DNA of 45,845 nt from a bacterium (GCA_043824255.1 JBDRTG010000038.1:1-45845), one strand, 5' to 3'. Counted from the first letter of the stretch, positions 1 through 9,731 are shown. Notes: a model not told the origin generated them from the letters alone. Made by a program: numbers and translations.

Positions 1-12
1 TTCGACGCCGGC

Positions 13-52
13 GGCTGAAGGAAGTTCTCTCCCCCCAGAACTTCCTTCAGCC
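13..52. repeat. Perfect 16-bp inverted repeat (hairpin; terminator or REP-like)
   Basis: GGCTGAAGGAAGTTCT (13-28) and AGAACTTCCTTCAGCC (37-52) around an 8-nt loop; followed by a pyrimidine-rich tract but no clean U-run. Confidence 0.7.
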
Positions 53-109
53 TCTTCCATGTCTTTCTTCCAAAACATTCTAACTTCCTTATATCTCTTC
101 TTTCTGGGG

Positions 110-138
110 GTGGGTCACGATGTACCTGTCCATTTCCA
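110..138 (+). repeat. 29-nt dispersed repeat, copy 1 (other copy 28877-28905)
   Basis: GTGGGTCACGATGTACCTGTCCATTTCCA vs GTGGGTCATGATGTACCTGTTTATTTCCA, 26/29 identical. Confidence 0.8.
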
Positions 139-225
139 GATGTATCTAAAAATAGTCTTGACTAATTTAAGATATATAGCAAACTAGTCGTAAACAATAA
201 TAGTGTTTCAAAAGGAGTTACTTAA

Positions 226-1614
226 ATGAAATCTCTTATTGCAGAAGGTTATAAGATTTACTCTGAATCTGTGTTAGAAAAAGATAGGGAAATCTATTTT
301 CTCGTCAGTAAAGATATCAAGAAATATCTGGTTTCAGATGATACGAAATTTGAGAGACCTGTAAAAAAAGTATCTAAATATAATGTTTATGAAAAGACTC
401 ACCTCAATGCTCTTAGATTGCGTAATTTATTCAAGCATCTAAATCCTGTTGCTTGCGGAATTAAGAGGAGTTTTGGTTTTGGAGACAGATTAGGATTAGC
501 TACTCCAGGCCATATTAAGACCATTGAAGGCAGAGATATATTTCCGATCTTCCCCCAGCAGTCTATACGGGAAATGGAGCGTACGGGACGCAGTATGGAA
601 ATTGTCCTGGATGATGCTATGTGGGGAGTTTTTCAAGAAGGATACAAAGAAGGCTATGGAGCGGACATTGACCATGTCAAAAAGCAGGAGGATGTTATTA
701 AAGCGTGTGAATGTGGTTATACTATGTACACCATAGACCCCTCAGACTATATCAATGACAGTGTAAAGAATATGGGAAGTATTTCAAACACAGACTTATA
801 CAAAAAGCTTTATTCGGGAAAGAATTATAAAATAGGCGCAGCCACATATAAGATGAACAAGACTGAGCTGATGAAGGTTGTCTCTGTCTATGCTAAGGCA
901 TTAGAGCATATTATAAATTGTTATAATATTATCGAAGAGAGAATTCCAACTGGTTTTGATTTTGAGGCATCAGTAGACGAAACTGACATTCCAACCACTC
1001 TTTTAGCTCATATATTTATTGTAGAGGAACTCAGGCGAAACGGGGTCAATTTCACAAGTCTTGCTCTAAGATTTATCGGAGAATTTGAAAAAGGAATTGA
1101 TTATATTGGCAACATAGAGACATTCAAAAAAGATTTTTCAGCCCATGCTGCTATATGTCAGCACTTTGGCGGATATAAGCTAAGTATCCATAGCGGCAGT
1201 GATAAGTTTTCCATCTATCCGACAATCGCAGAAGCGACTGAAGGAGTATTTCACATCAAGACAGCCGGAACAAACTGGCTGGAGGCAGTCCGCCTTATCA
1301 GTCATAGGAACCCTGTTCTCTACCGACGCATGCACCAGATCGCCCTTAATAATTTTGGAAAAGATCGTAAATCCTATCATGTTACCACTGATCTATCCAA
1401 AATTCCCGCGCTTAGTAAACTCTCCGATGGAGAGCTTCCCGGGCTTCTTAATGAAAATAATTCAAGACAGCTTATGCATATTACATACGGGAGCATCTTG
1501 AAAGATATGAAAGAGGAGATCTATAAGACCCTGAATATTTACGAGAATGAACATTACGAGATGCTTAGAACCCACTTAGGTAAACATCTGGATTATGCAA
1601 CGAGCAGCTTCTGA
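226..1614 (+). CDS. uxaE: Tagaturonate/fructuronate epimerase (UxaE family)
   Basis: Motifs GFGDRLGLATPGH, QQSIREM.RTGR, GADIDHVK, HSGSDKF, HIKTAGTNWLEA; SD AAGGAG upstream. Confidence 0.88.
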   Translation: MKSLIAEGYKIYSESVLEKDREIYFLVSKDIKKYLVSDDTKFERPVKKVSKYNVYEKTHLNALRLRNLFKHLNPVACGIKRSFGFGDRLGLATPGHIKTIEGRDIFPIFPQQSIREMERTGRSMEIVLDDAMWGVFQEGYKEGYGADIDHVKKQEDVIKACECGYTMYTIDPSDYINDSVKNMGSISNTDLYKKLYSGKNYKIGAATYKMNKTELMKVVSVYAKALEHIINCYNIIEERIPTGFDFEASVDETDIPTTLLAHIFIVEELRRNGVNFTSLALRFIGEFEKGIDYIGNIETFKKDFSAHAAICQHFGGYKLSIHSGSDKFSIYPTIAEATEGVFHIKTAGTNWLEAVRLISHRNPVLYRRMHQIALNNFGKDRKSYHVTTDLSKIPALSKLSDGELPGLLNENNSRQLMHITYGSILKDMKEEIYKTLNIYENEHYEMLRTHLGKHLDYATSSF

Positions 1615-2714
1615 TACAATAATTCCGTTTGCTGTGCCATTATTCGTGCATCATAGTTTGATTTAATAAACTTGCTTGCCTTCCTGCTAAGCTCATTTGC
1701 AAGACTTTCATTATCAAGAAGCTGTATTACAGCGTTTGCTAATGATTTTGCGTCTTTGGAAGGAATTAACAAACCCGTTTCTTCATGTTCAATAATTTCT
1801 CTTATTCCATCTACATCTGTTCCTACAACTGGTTTCCCGAGATACATTGCCTCAACAAGTACTCTTGGCAGTCCTTCAAATAATGAAGGCTGAACAATTA
1901 CCTCACACATGGATATAACATTTGCAATGTCTTTTCTGTATCCAAGAAACCTTACATGTTCATGAATATTCAACTCTCTGCAAATACTCTCAAGGTATTC
2001 TCTTGTTACGCTATCTTCTCCGCATATTATAAACGCAGTGTTTTTATGTCCCTCTAATATTATTTTGCAAGCATGGAGGAAGTATAGATGTCCTTTTTTC
2101 CCAACCTGCTTATTTCTAACTCTTGCAATCAATCCAACCAGTTTTTCTCTCTCTTTATGAGTATCTATATCAACATTCAACCTCTCAAAATCAGTTCCAT
2201 TAATAATATGAATTACTTTATGCCCAGTTATTTTAATTTCTTGAAGCAGGTCTTTTTTTGTTGCATCAGAAACAGCAATAATCTTCCTTGGCATATGCTT
2301 CAGGACAAATTTATAAAACCTGGCATTAAAGTTATTAACTCTTTCGCCTTTCTGATTCATATTGATACGGTCATGAATCGTCACAATATGTGGAATCCCA
2401 CGAATTAGGGATGCAACTGAGCCTAGCAGGTCTTCTCTTCTATTGTGTGTGTGAATAATGTGGATATTGTTCACGCGGATAATTTTTATTAGATTTCTTA
2501 ATGAGCGGAAACTGAACTTAGTTTGAATTTCGTTATATACTATTTCAAAGCCTTCGTTCTTCAATACTGCTCCAAATTCACTATTCTCAGGGACTGCTGT
2601 AAGAACGCTGAATTTCTCCTTGTCAAGATACTTTATAAGCGCTCTTATGTGTTCCTCATTTCCGCCGAATACTCTTGAGTTTGATACCTGAAGTATGTTT
2701 ATGCGTTGTTTCAT
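1593..2714 (-). CDS. Glycosyltransferase family 4 (GT-B)
   Basis: N-terminal GGNEEH; KGH; PSLFEGLPRVLVEAM..GKPVV.TDVDG..EII...ETG (EX7E motif). Confidence 0.9.
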   Translation of the reverse strand: MKQRINILQVSNSRVFGGNEEHIRALIKYLDKEKFSVLTAVPENSEFGAVLKNEGFEIVYNEIQTKFSFRSLRNLIKIIRVNNIHIIHTHNRREDLLGSVASLIRGIPHIVTIHDRINMNQKGERVNNFNARFYKFVLKHMPRKIIAVSDATKKDLLQEIKITGHKVIHIINGTDFERLNVDIDTHKEREKLVGLIARVRNKQVGKKGHLYFLHACKIILEGHKNTAFIICGEDSVTREYLESICRELNIHEHVRFLGYRKDIANVISMCEVIVQPSLFEGLPRVLVEAMYLGKPVVGTDVDGIREIIEHEETGLLIPSKDAKSLANAVIQLLDNESLANELSRKASKFIKSNYDARIMAQQTELLYQKLLVA

Positions 2715-4894
2715 TCTATTACGATATCATTTTCTGTAAAATATACACTATCTGCCTTTATAAGTTGAGGAAGTTCCCAAACCTGTTTTGCTTTGGCTTT
2801 TTTATTGATGAGTCTTATAAGATAATCAGGCAAATAAGTATTTTCTAAGACGATGTCATTGATTTTAAATATGAATTTATTTCCATTTTCTGTTCTAAGC
2901 TCACATATCGCCTTGATGTGCAGTTCTTTTATGAATTTTATCCTGCCCACTATAATGACATTATTATCCTCAAAATTAATCTGTTGCGCGTATATCTTTT
3001 TTAATTTCTTTTTCAGAAATTCCCTGAAACAATCTTTAGATATTACCAATCTTGGCTGCTGGGCATTGCCTGATTCCACACTAATAGTAGAATGGAACAA
3101 TAGCTCATCCATATTAAGTTTAACCTTGCTCCAGTTGAGATGAATCTTTGCATTTATACCGCGTTTCAACCTTAGATTATCAGTCATTATAACTATCTCA
3201 TCAAAATAACCATTTCTGAAATTCCGTGATGGATTTATGCGCATGTTTAAATTGACATCAGAAGAAATTTTACTCTTAAATCTATATTCTAATAATTCCT
3301 GTATTTTAGATGCGTCTAATTCCTTTTTGATATCCTCGATTTTAATGTCTTCTCTCAATACAACCCTGTATACGCCAAATTGCTCGTCTCCTCTTTTGTA
3401 TATTTTATGCGCAGAAGCGACTTGATACCATGCTGTTTTCCAATCCTTCTTCAGCGTATCATTAAGCATGGGTATCATACTCAGGGCATCTTTGTATGCA
3501 ACAACATAGATGCCCTTATAAAACTTGTCGCGTGTATCTTCCGCGAATTTTTCAATACCTCCGTACAGGAGTGTTTTCATGCGCCATTCTTTACCATAGC
3601 AGTAATACCACATCTCCCATGGAACCTCCCGTGTGAAATAAACGATAATATTCGGGAGTGCGTTATCCTTTAGATATACAGATACATCACTCATGCCATC
3701 ACTTTTTGAATAGACTGCTCCCATATCCAATTTTCCGATATTTTTTGTGGAGCAAAGACCTGATAATATTATTACCAAAATAAAACCTGTTCTTATAAAA
3801 TTGTTTCTCATTACAGGAGACCTGATAATATAATTCAGGATCCTTGCAAACACTATGATCATAAAAGGGGATATTAGAAGCAGGTATCTGTCATATACTT
3901 TAAATTGAAACACAACAAAAAGAAGTATGTGGGTATACACGAAAAGTATCAGGATAATATCAGCAATAATTTCAAATCTTCTTTTAAACTCAATATTAGA
4001 GAAAAGCCTTATGGAGTTATAAACGAGTAAAGGGATTGACAGGATAAACAGGATATTTAATGGTATGGAGTTGAACGTAAGTTTTATATACTGCCACCAT
4101 TGCCTGGCTCGCTCAAAGAAACTTCCAATATCAAGTGTAAACACGCCGCTCTGATGTGAAAAGGCCTTTCCCATAATGCCGAATCTTGGCCTTTGACATA
4201 GAGCTGACCATGCAAAAACCAGTGCTAAGACAACCAGAGAGCCATAAATCCATTTTGAATATTTTCTTAGATATGATTTTAGACTAAGGTCCTCTTGATT
4301 GTGCTGCCAAAAAAGTAATATTGAAAAACATATGAATACCGGAATAGCCATAATAGCAGGTTGTTTTGTGCCAAGCGCTAAGCCGAAAACAATGCCTGAC
4401 AAAGAGACTTTATCAATACATAAGAGATAGAAGCTCCACAAAATAAAAAACGACATAAGGGTGTCTATAAATACTGTTGGGCCAAACACGATATTATAAG
4501 GAGACACCGCGAGCAGGAATGACGCCCAAAGAGCAGTTTCCCTATTAAAGAGTCTTATGCAGATAAGATATACCAGGAATATGCAGGCTATACTTCCCAT
4601 GAAATTCGGAAGCCTGATAACATTAACATGATTGCCTAAAACCTTAACAAAGAGAGCTGTTACATAGAATAAAACAGGGGGTCTGTCTACGTCAGTTGAA
4701 CGAAAGAGCCAGTCGCCTTTTGTTGCAATATCTAAAACATAGGAGCCATGTAAGCCTTCATCACAATGAAAATCATGTGTTGAAAACACACTCAATCTGA
4801 ACGCAGCACCAAGTAATATGATTGCAATTAATGGAACATTCCAATCCCTGTTGTTCCAGACGTCTCTAAACTTGCTTGCGAATTTTGTATTCAT
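2711..4894 (-). CDS. ArnT/PMT-like GT-C membrane glycosyltransferase with C-terminal LmeA/DUF2993-like domain (paralog A)
   Basis: First-loop DE motif (HCDEGLH), DRPP, RLPN, multiple TM helices, YDRY; soluble beta-rich C-terminus. Confidence 0.75.
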   Translation of the reverse strand: MNTKFASKFRDVWNNRDWNVPLIAIILLGAAFRLSVFSTHDFHCDEGLHGSYVLDIATKGDWLFRSTDVDRPPVLFYVTALFVKVLGNHVNVIRLPNFMGSIACIFLVYLICIRLFNRETALWASFLLAVSPYNIVFGPTVFIDTLMSFFILWSFYLLCIDKVSLSGIVFGLALGTKQPAIMAIPVFICFSILLFWQHNQEDLSLKSYLRKYSKWIYGSLVVLALVFAWSALCQRPRFGIMGKAFSHQSGVFTLDIGSFFERARQWWQYIKLTFNSIPLNILFILSIPLLVYNSIRLFSNIEFKRRFEIIADIILILFVYTHILLFVVFQFKVYDRYLLLISPFMIIVFARILNYIIRSPVMRNNFIRTGFILVIILSGLCSTKNIGKLDMGAVYSKSDGMSDVSVYLKDNALPNIIVYFTREVPWEMWYYCYGKEWRMKTLLYGGIEKFAEDTRDKFYKGIYVVAYKDALSMIPMLNDTLKKDWKTAWYQVASAHKIYKRGDEQFGVYRVVLREDIKIEDIKKELDASKIQELLEYRFKSKISSDVNLNMRINPSRNFRNGYFDEIVIMTDNLRLKRGINAKIHLNWSKVKLNMDELLFHSTISVESGNAQQPRLVISKDCFREFLKKKLKKIYAQQINFEDNNVIIVGRIKFIKELHIKAICELRTENGNKFIFKINDIVLENTYLPDYLIRLINKKAKAKQVWELPQLIKADSVYFTENDIVIE

Positions 4895-4912
4895 TTAAAA
4901 TATTCCCTTTCT

Positions 4913-4953
4913 GTCATTCTCCCCGAAAGCGTTCGGGGGGAATCCGGGTGGTT
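4913..4953. repeat. REP-like palindromic element, copy 1
   Basis: GTCATTCTCCCCGAAAGCGTTCGGGGGGAATCCGGGTGGTT; 12-bp stem with one wobble; ends shared with 6002-6037. Confidence 0.75.
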
Positions 4954-4958
4954 AAAGA

Positions 4959-5183
4959 TCATGTTCCCAAACGTACCTTAAAAAATCTGCTATTAATTAT
5001 TTCTATCTCCCCTGACTTTATCCTGCCCTCAAATCTTTTTTTATCCATTTCCATCAAAGCGCATCTCTCTTGAATATTTCTAATCTTGTTTCTAGCTTCT
5101 CTTTTATATCCAAGCTTAGCCTTTAAGGAGAAAAATTTTGCTTTTTTCTCAAGAGTAAATTTGTCATAATCAAGTTTTCTCAT
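4959..5183 (-). CDS. Small basic hypothetical protein (74 aa), partner of the upstream nucleotidyltransferase
   Basis: ATG with AAGGA upstream; overlaps the end of 5170-5913; fills otherwise empty space. Confidence 0.55.
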   Translation of the reverse strand: MRKLDYDKFTLEKKAKFFSLKAKLGYKREARNKIRNIQERCALMEMDKKRFEGRIKSGEIEIINSRFFKVRLGT

Positions 5184-5913
5184 TGGAAATTTCCTTCAGG
5201 ATATTATCAAGTTCATCAGCTGTCTTTTCCTCGACAGTTCTTTTCTTCAGATAAGTCATATCTACTTTATTTTGGTGAATATATATTAGCTCCTTGCTCC
5301 AGTATCTGTCATCGGATGATTTCCAATGGACAGCTGCATTCAATCTGTCAATAATCAGATCTTCAATCCCGACAAGATAGACATCCACCTCTTCAACTCT
5401 GACTTTCGTAATTTTTGAAGGATCATCTCCTTTCAAAGTAGAGCCCGGTGATTCTATGTACATATCAAGTTCATCACTTATCCAATGCCTTCCCTGTTTT
5501 TTAAATCCCCATTTACCCAATATACTATCCAGCAATTCATTATCCGGACAAATGACATCTATATCAGCAGTACTGTATCCGCCGGTAGTATAGAATTCTA
5601 ATGCGCATCCTCCAACTATTATTGGTCTAACATTTTCCGGCTCAAGCTCTCTGGTAAGCAATCCTACAAAATATAATCTGCGTTTATTAACATCCTGAAT
5701 GTTTTTAATTTTATTTACTAAATCAATGTTATTTGATTTGTTTGCAGGTTTGGAACTTCTCAGCCACGAATCTATTTCATCTTTTATAAAGCGATACTGC
5801 CCGCCAATTTTTGAGACAGGAATCTTCCCTTCTTTTATTAACTGATAAATTTTTCTCTGGCTGAAGCCAAGATATCTTGATATCCCAGCAATACTCATTA
5901 TTTCTTTATTCAT
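5170..5913 (-). CDS. Excisionase-type HTH (HTH_17) fused to a DUF6036-like nucleotidyltransferase
   Basis: N-terminus YLGFSQRKIYQLIKEGKIP..KIGGQYRF....ID.W; C-terminus IVGGCALEFY..GGYSTADIDV (GG...DxD) and EDLIIDRL. Confidence 0.75.
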   Translation of the reverse strand: MNKEIMSIAGISRYLGFSQRKIYQLIKEGKIPVSKIGGQYRFIKDEIDSWLRSSKPANKSNNIDLVNKIKNIQDVNKRRLYFVGLLTRELEPENVRPIIVGGCALEFYTTGGYSTADIDVICPDNELLDSILGKWGFKKQGRHWISDELDMYIESPGSTLKGDDPSKITKVRVEEVDVYLVGIEDLIIDRLNAAVHWKSSDDRYWSKELIYIHQNKVDMTYLKKRTVEEKTADELDNILKEISNEKT

Positions 5914-5921
5914 AATTTAGG

Positions 5922-5950
5922 ATTATAGCAGAAAAAATAAGCAAATACAA
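5922..5950 (-). promoter_or_regulatory. Sigma70 promoter (extended -10) for the HTH-NTase gene, near-leaderless
   Basis: Minus strand TTGTAT-17 nt-TATAAT with TG at the extended -10 position; 8 nt from the ATG at 5913. Confidence 0.55.
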
Positions 5951-6001
5951 GAAATATTTTGCAAATACATGCAAAATAAAAGAAAATTTAAGGCTTTCGG
6001 G

Positions 6002-6037
6002 GTCATTCTCCTGCTTGATCGGGGAATTCGGGTGGTT
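6002..6037. repeat. REP-like palindromic element, copy 2
   Basis: GTCATTCTCCTGCTTGATCGGGGAATTCGGGTGGTT; supplies the stop codon and C-terminal residues of 6003-6701. Confidence 0.7.
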
Positions 6038-6701
6038 GAGCCTGTTCTTTTTTTATTTGTTCTTTTATCCCAATAATAACATTTCTTAATATATTTGCTG
6101 CACTTAACATTCTGGTTATCTCTTTTTTGTACACGGGTTGTTTTTTTGAATCAAAATGACCACCTAAAGCTATTGCTGAATTTTCGCAAAATATAAAGTT
6201 TGAAGCTACCGCTAAAACTGAAGAATGGCTAAGATTATTATAGAATTTCATGATTTCCATAAAAATTTGCCATCCATTTTTTTGTATATTTAATTTTGAA
6301 ATATGCCTTTGTACATATTCGGGACCTTTATGATAGCTTATTCTACTGTTATCTTTTGTAAATTTTTCATAAAAATCTAATTTATTTGTTGAAAATAAAA
6401 TAGCCCAAGCAACTGATTCATGGAAATGTCTCATTAAATTTCCTGAGGGAATGAGATATCCTGAAATAAAAATATTAAAAGCGCTAACGAGATTTTGTAT
6501 AGAGGTAAAGATGTATAACTTAGCCAAAGATTCTCTGTTATCCTGATCCGATTTTAACCCATCATAAAGTTTGTATGCTTTAAATAAAAGTTCTGTAAAT
6601 TCGTCAATCTCTCTCTCAAAATGTTTTCGAAACTGTAACCTAGTAGTTCTATTACCACATATAACAGTACGTTTAAGAATAGATTTATTTAATTTTTCCA
6701 T
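6003..6701 (-). CDS. AT-rich hypothetical protein, possibly DUF5677/HEPN-like
   Basis: Predicted all-helical; G....S..LMR...ES and YNNLSHSS resemble DUF5677-type motifs; very low GC. Confidence 0.5.
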   Translation of the reverse strand: MEKLNKSILKRTVICGNRTTRLQFRKHFEREIDEFTELLFKAYKLYDGLKSDQDNRESLAKLYIFTSIQNLVSAFNIFISGYLIPSGNLMRHFHESVAWAILFSTNKLDFYEKFTKDNSRISYHKGPEYVQRHISKLNIQKNGWQIFMEIMKFYNNLSHSSVLAVASNFIFCENSAIALGGHFDSKKQPVYKKEITRMLSAANILRNVIIGIKEQIKKEQAQPPEFPDQAGE

Positions 6702-6851
6702 TTAAATTTTAAAGACATAATATTAATCATTGAACAGTCACTTCTACTTTAATATTACCATAGCTCAAATTGCTTAAAATCTCAATAAAAACAGGGGGAA
6801 AGCATTATACCCCACCATCCATCAAACCATAAAGGGAAAAGGGATGGATTT

Positions 6852-9080
6852 TCATGTCCCAAACACAATCTTTGATTCTTCAATACTAATATGTTTTATG
6901 GGAACTCCTAGGAATAGGCTCTTTAAATTAAATAAAGGATTTATCCTTTTTGATATCAAAGGCAGTAGCTGTGAAGGAATTTTTATATTTCCAAGTCTTG
7001 CATTTACCAGATCTATCTCTACAATAGCCTCATCCTTAATATTAAGTATTCCGCTCATCCGAAAATTAATATCTCTGCCTAATACGTGCGCAGTGCCATC
7101 TAATTCCAGATTTTTCCCGGAACCAGTTAAATGACAAGCGCTTACCTGCTTATTTGTACTTAAGATGTGCTTTGTAATGTCATCAATAGAAACCTCTGCG
7201 TATATGTTATTACTCTCCATAGATATAAGTTTGTGATATAAGAAAAGAGCCTCTGGATTTATGCGGACATCCTTCCATGTGAGCTTTATCAGCCCTTTAA
7301 ATTTTTTGCCAAGTTTTATCTCGGAGGCAGTGCAGATAATATCTCCCAGCTTTCCTTCGTTTAAATCAAGTTTGTCCTCGGATGCTAATGTTATTTGGAG
7401 CTTTTTGGGATTATGCCATGTTCTTGCAAATATTGGTTTCAGATAAGCTTCAAGTTTTTCAGAATTTTTGTATGCATTAATATCTACAGAAGCTAGTGTT
7501 ATAGATGGTTTGAGATTTACTTTATATAAGCTGAAATTTAATTTTTTATGTCCATAAGCATTATAAACATTGCTAATTTTATAATACGTCATTTGTGGAT
7601 TCTTAGTGAATGCATCCTGAATTTTCTTAATCTGCCCTGTATATTCAAGCAGTAAATAAACTCCCTCATCTACACGGTCCCATATCTCCTCTGAGAACTT
7701 CCCAATAGGTATATCGTTGCTGAACTCCACTGGTCTAATCTTAAAGCCTTTATTAAAGAAGTAGTAATATGCGTTTGGCCATAATGACCTGGTATAATAA
7801 ATGGTTGAAGATTTCCCTGCGTTTGCAGAAAAATATTCTACTGCATTTTGAAACCCATCTTCATTGTCCCATCTTGCTCCAAGTTTCAGATTCTTCATGC
7901 CGTCCAGTGTTCCTGAAAGAAGATTAATAAGCAAGACAAGTCCCAAAACAAGAGCAAATATTGCTGCCAAAGTAGGGGATTTTGTTTTGGTGAAAAATTG
8001 CAGAAGCAGAGATAGATATCTGGCTAACAATATGAATACGAAAGGTATAATAAATATCAGATAATAAGGAGAAAATCCAAACCTGAACAAGGTGAAGGTT
8101 CCAAGCATGAGTGTGATATATCCAGCCACACATAAGCTTATGATATTCTTAAATCTGTGCTCGTTTTTGAGGTTCAGAATTTCGTAAACAATTAATACAG
8201 GAATACTGATAAGGAAAAACATATTCAGCACTGAACTGTTGGTAAACTTTGAATACAAACTTAGCCAGCGAGAAAGTCTTGATATAAATTCTCCTGTCAT
8301 AATTTTAAAAACTCCGCCTGTTGCGTTTACCTGAAATATAATACCAAGTCTTGGATCTTCAAAGAATACTGCCCATATAAGCAGGACCGCAAACACTATA
8401 GAGAAGCCAAAAACAAGTTTTATTAAAGGCTTTTTTATACAGAAGCTAAATTCAGAATGCTTCGTTTGCGACCATTTTATGTATCTTAATATTATGAAAA
8501 ATGCTCCAATAATTGGTATTACAAGCACACCGAATTGCTTTGTGCAAAAACACAGGCCAAGAAAAACCCCGGCCCAGAATTCCTTATAGATACACAGAAA
8601 ATATATAGAGAAAAGAAGCATACAGGCAAACAGAGTATCTTCAAAAACCGTTGGTCCATAAAGTATGTTATATGGAGAAATTGCCATAAGAAAGGCGGCT
8701 ATTAGTCCGGTATTTTTGTCAAAACATTTGCAGCATATTTGATAAACAAGCCAGATACTAATCAGGCTGGCAAAGAAATTCGGAAGTCTGGCAGTGTTAT
8801 CTCCAAATCCGAATATTCTGAAAGATAATGCTGTAAGATATGGAAGTAAAGGGGGCTTATCAACATCTTCAGCCTGAAAGAACCAGTCTCCTCTAAGAGC
8901 AATCTCAGCTCCTCTAAAACTGTATAAGGCTTCATCTCCATGAAAATCTCCTAATCCAAACACGCTTATACGCAATAAAGCTCCAAGAATAAGAATTATT
9001 ATCAGCAATAAATTTTTATTCTGATTCTGGGAGGTTAATATGGTAGTTAATCTACGAAACGATATTTCAGAAGAGACCAA
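6852..9080 (-). CDS. ArnT/PMT-like GT-C glycosyltransferase with C-terminal LmeA/DUF2993-like domain (paralog B)
   Basis: HGDEALY, DKPP, RLPN, SPYNILYGPTVF similar to 2711-4894; TTG start with GGAG upstream. Confidence 0.75.
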   Translation of the reverse strand: MVSSEISFRRLTTILTSQNQNKNLLLIIILILGALLRISVFGLGDFHGDEALYSFRGAEIALRGDWFFQAEDVDKPPLLPYLTALSFRIFGFGDNTARLPNFFASLISIWLVYQICCKCFDKNTGLIAAFLMAISPYNILYGPTVFEDTLFACMLLFSIYFLCIYKEFWAGVFLGLCFCTKQFGVLVIPIIGAFFIILRYIKWSQTKHSEFSFCIKKPLIKLVFGFSIVFAVLLIWAVFFEDPRLGIIFQVNATGGVFKIMTGEFISRLSRWLSLYSKFTNSSVLNMFFLISIPVLIVYEILNLKNEHRFKNIISLCVAGYITLMLGTFTLFRFGFSPYYLIFIIPFVFILLARYLSLLLQFFTKTKSPTLAAIFALVLGLVLLINLLSGTLDGMKNLKLGARWDNEDGFQNAVEYFSANAGKSSTIYYTRSLWPNAYYYFFNKGFKIRPVEFSNDIPIGKFSEEIWDRVDEGVYLLLEYTGQIKKIQDAFTKNPQMTYYKISNVYNAYGHKKLNFSLYKVNLKPSITLASVDINAYKNSEKLEAYLKPIFARTWHNPKKLQITLASEDKLDLNEGKLGDIICTASEIKLGKKFKGLIKLTWKDVRINPEALFLYHKLISMESNNIYAEVSIDDITKHILSTNKQVSACHLTGSGKNLELDGTAHVLGRDINFRMSGILNIKDEAIVEIDLVNARLGNIKIPSQLLPLISKRINPLFNLKSLFLGVPIKHISIEESKIVFGT

Positions 9081-9727
9081 ATTACTATCACTCCATCTTT
9101 TTGCTTAATTTTTTTACCTTCTTCATATGTGCGAGGATTGTATTTGATTGGTACTTCACAAATTTTATAACCTTTTTTCCTGACTTTTGCAGTGAATTCC
9201 GTACAGAACTCAAACCCAAAACATCTTAAATTAATATTATTCAGTACCTCTTTTCTGAACATTTTGTAACATGTTAATACATCTGTAACCAATGGAAGAT
9301 AGAGAAGATTTGCTATCAGACTTACCAGAATATTCCCCAGATAATACTGAAAATACATCATCTTGTTTCTGCCCTTAATCCTTGAGCCATATACAATCAT
9401 AGCGCCGTTATCTATCTGTTTTAATAGTTTATAATATTCCTGTGGAGAATACTCCAGGTCAGCATCCTGTACAACTACAACATCCCCATCAACATACTTG
9501 AATCCTGTTCTAAGCGCAGCTCCCTTACCCTTATGCTTCCTATGAAAGAAAACCCTGAGATTCTGGTATTGAGAAACCAGTTCTTTAAGTATTTCACGTG
9601 TTCCGTCAGTGGATACATTATCCACAATTATAATCTCTTTATTAATGTTTAGCGCATCTACTCTTTTTACGATCTCTCTGATAGTATCCTTTTCATTATA
9701 GCACGGAATAACAACTGAGAGTTTCAT
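9047..9727 (-). CDS. GT2 polyprenol-phosphate glycosyltransferase (DPM1-like)
   Basis: SVVIPCYNE, VDN.STDGT, GKGAALRTG, QDADLEY, TD..TCYK, EVPI.Y.PR. Confidence 0.88.
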   Translation of the reverse strand: MKLSVVIPCYNEKDTIREIVKRVDALNINKEIIIVDNVSTDGTREILKELVSQYQNLRVFFHRKHKGKGAALRTGFKYVDGDVVVVQDADLEYSPQEYYKLLKQIDNGAMIVYGSRIKGRNKMMYFQYYLGNILVSLIANLLYLPLVTDVLTCYKMFRKEVLNNINLRCFGFEFCTEFTAKVRKKGYKICEVPIKYNPRTYEEGKKIKQKDGVIVIWSLLKYRFVD

Positions 9728-9731
9728 CTAC

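Noticed and set aside
158..186. Sigma70 promoter for uxaE from TTGACT at 158
   Set aside because: No convincing -10 hexamer at 16-18 nt spacing
5170..5913. Prophage or ICE excisionase
   Set aside because: The HTH_17 domain is fused to an NTase, and no integrase, phage or conjugation genes are in the window
4913..6037. Integron attC sites
   Set aside because: The elements are only 36-41 nt, lack clear paired R/L boxes, and no intI is nearby; treated as REP-like
4959..6864. Similar gene ends TCATGTTCCCAAAC (4959) and TCATGTCCCAAAC (6852) as a target-site duplication
   Set aside because: Short, contains an indel and does not coincide with the hairpin boundaries; probably chance
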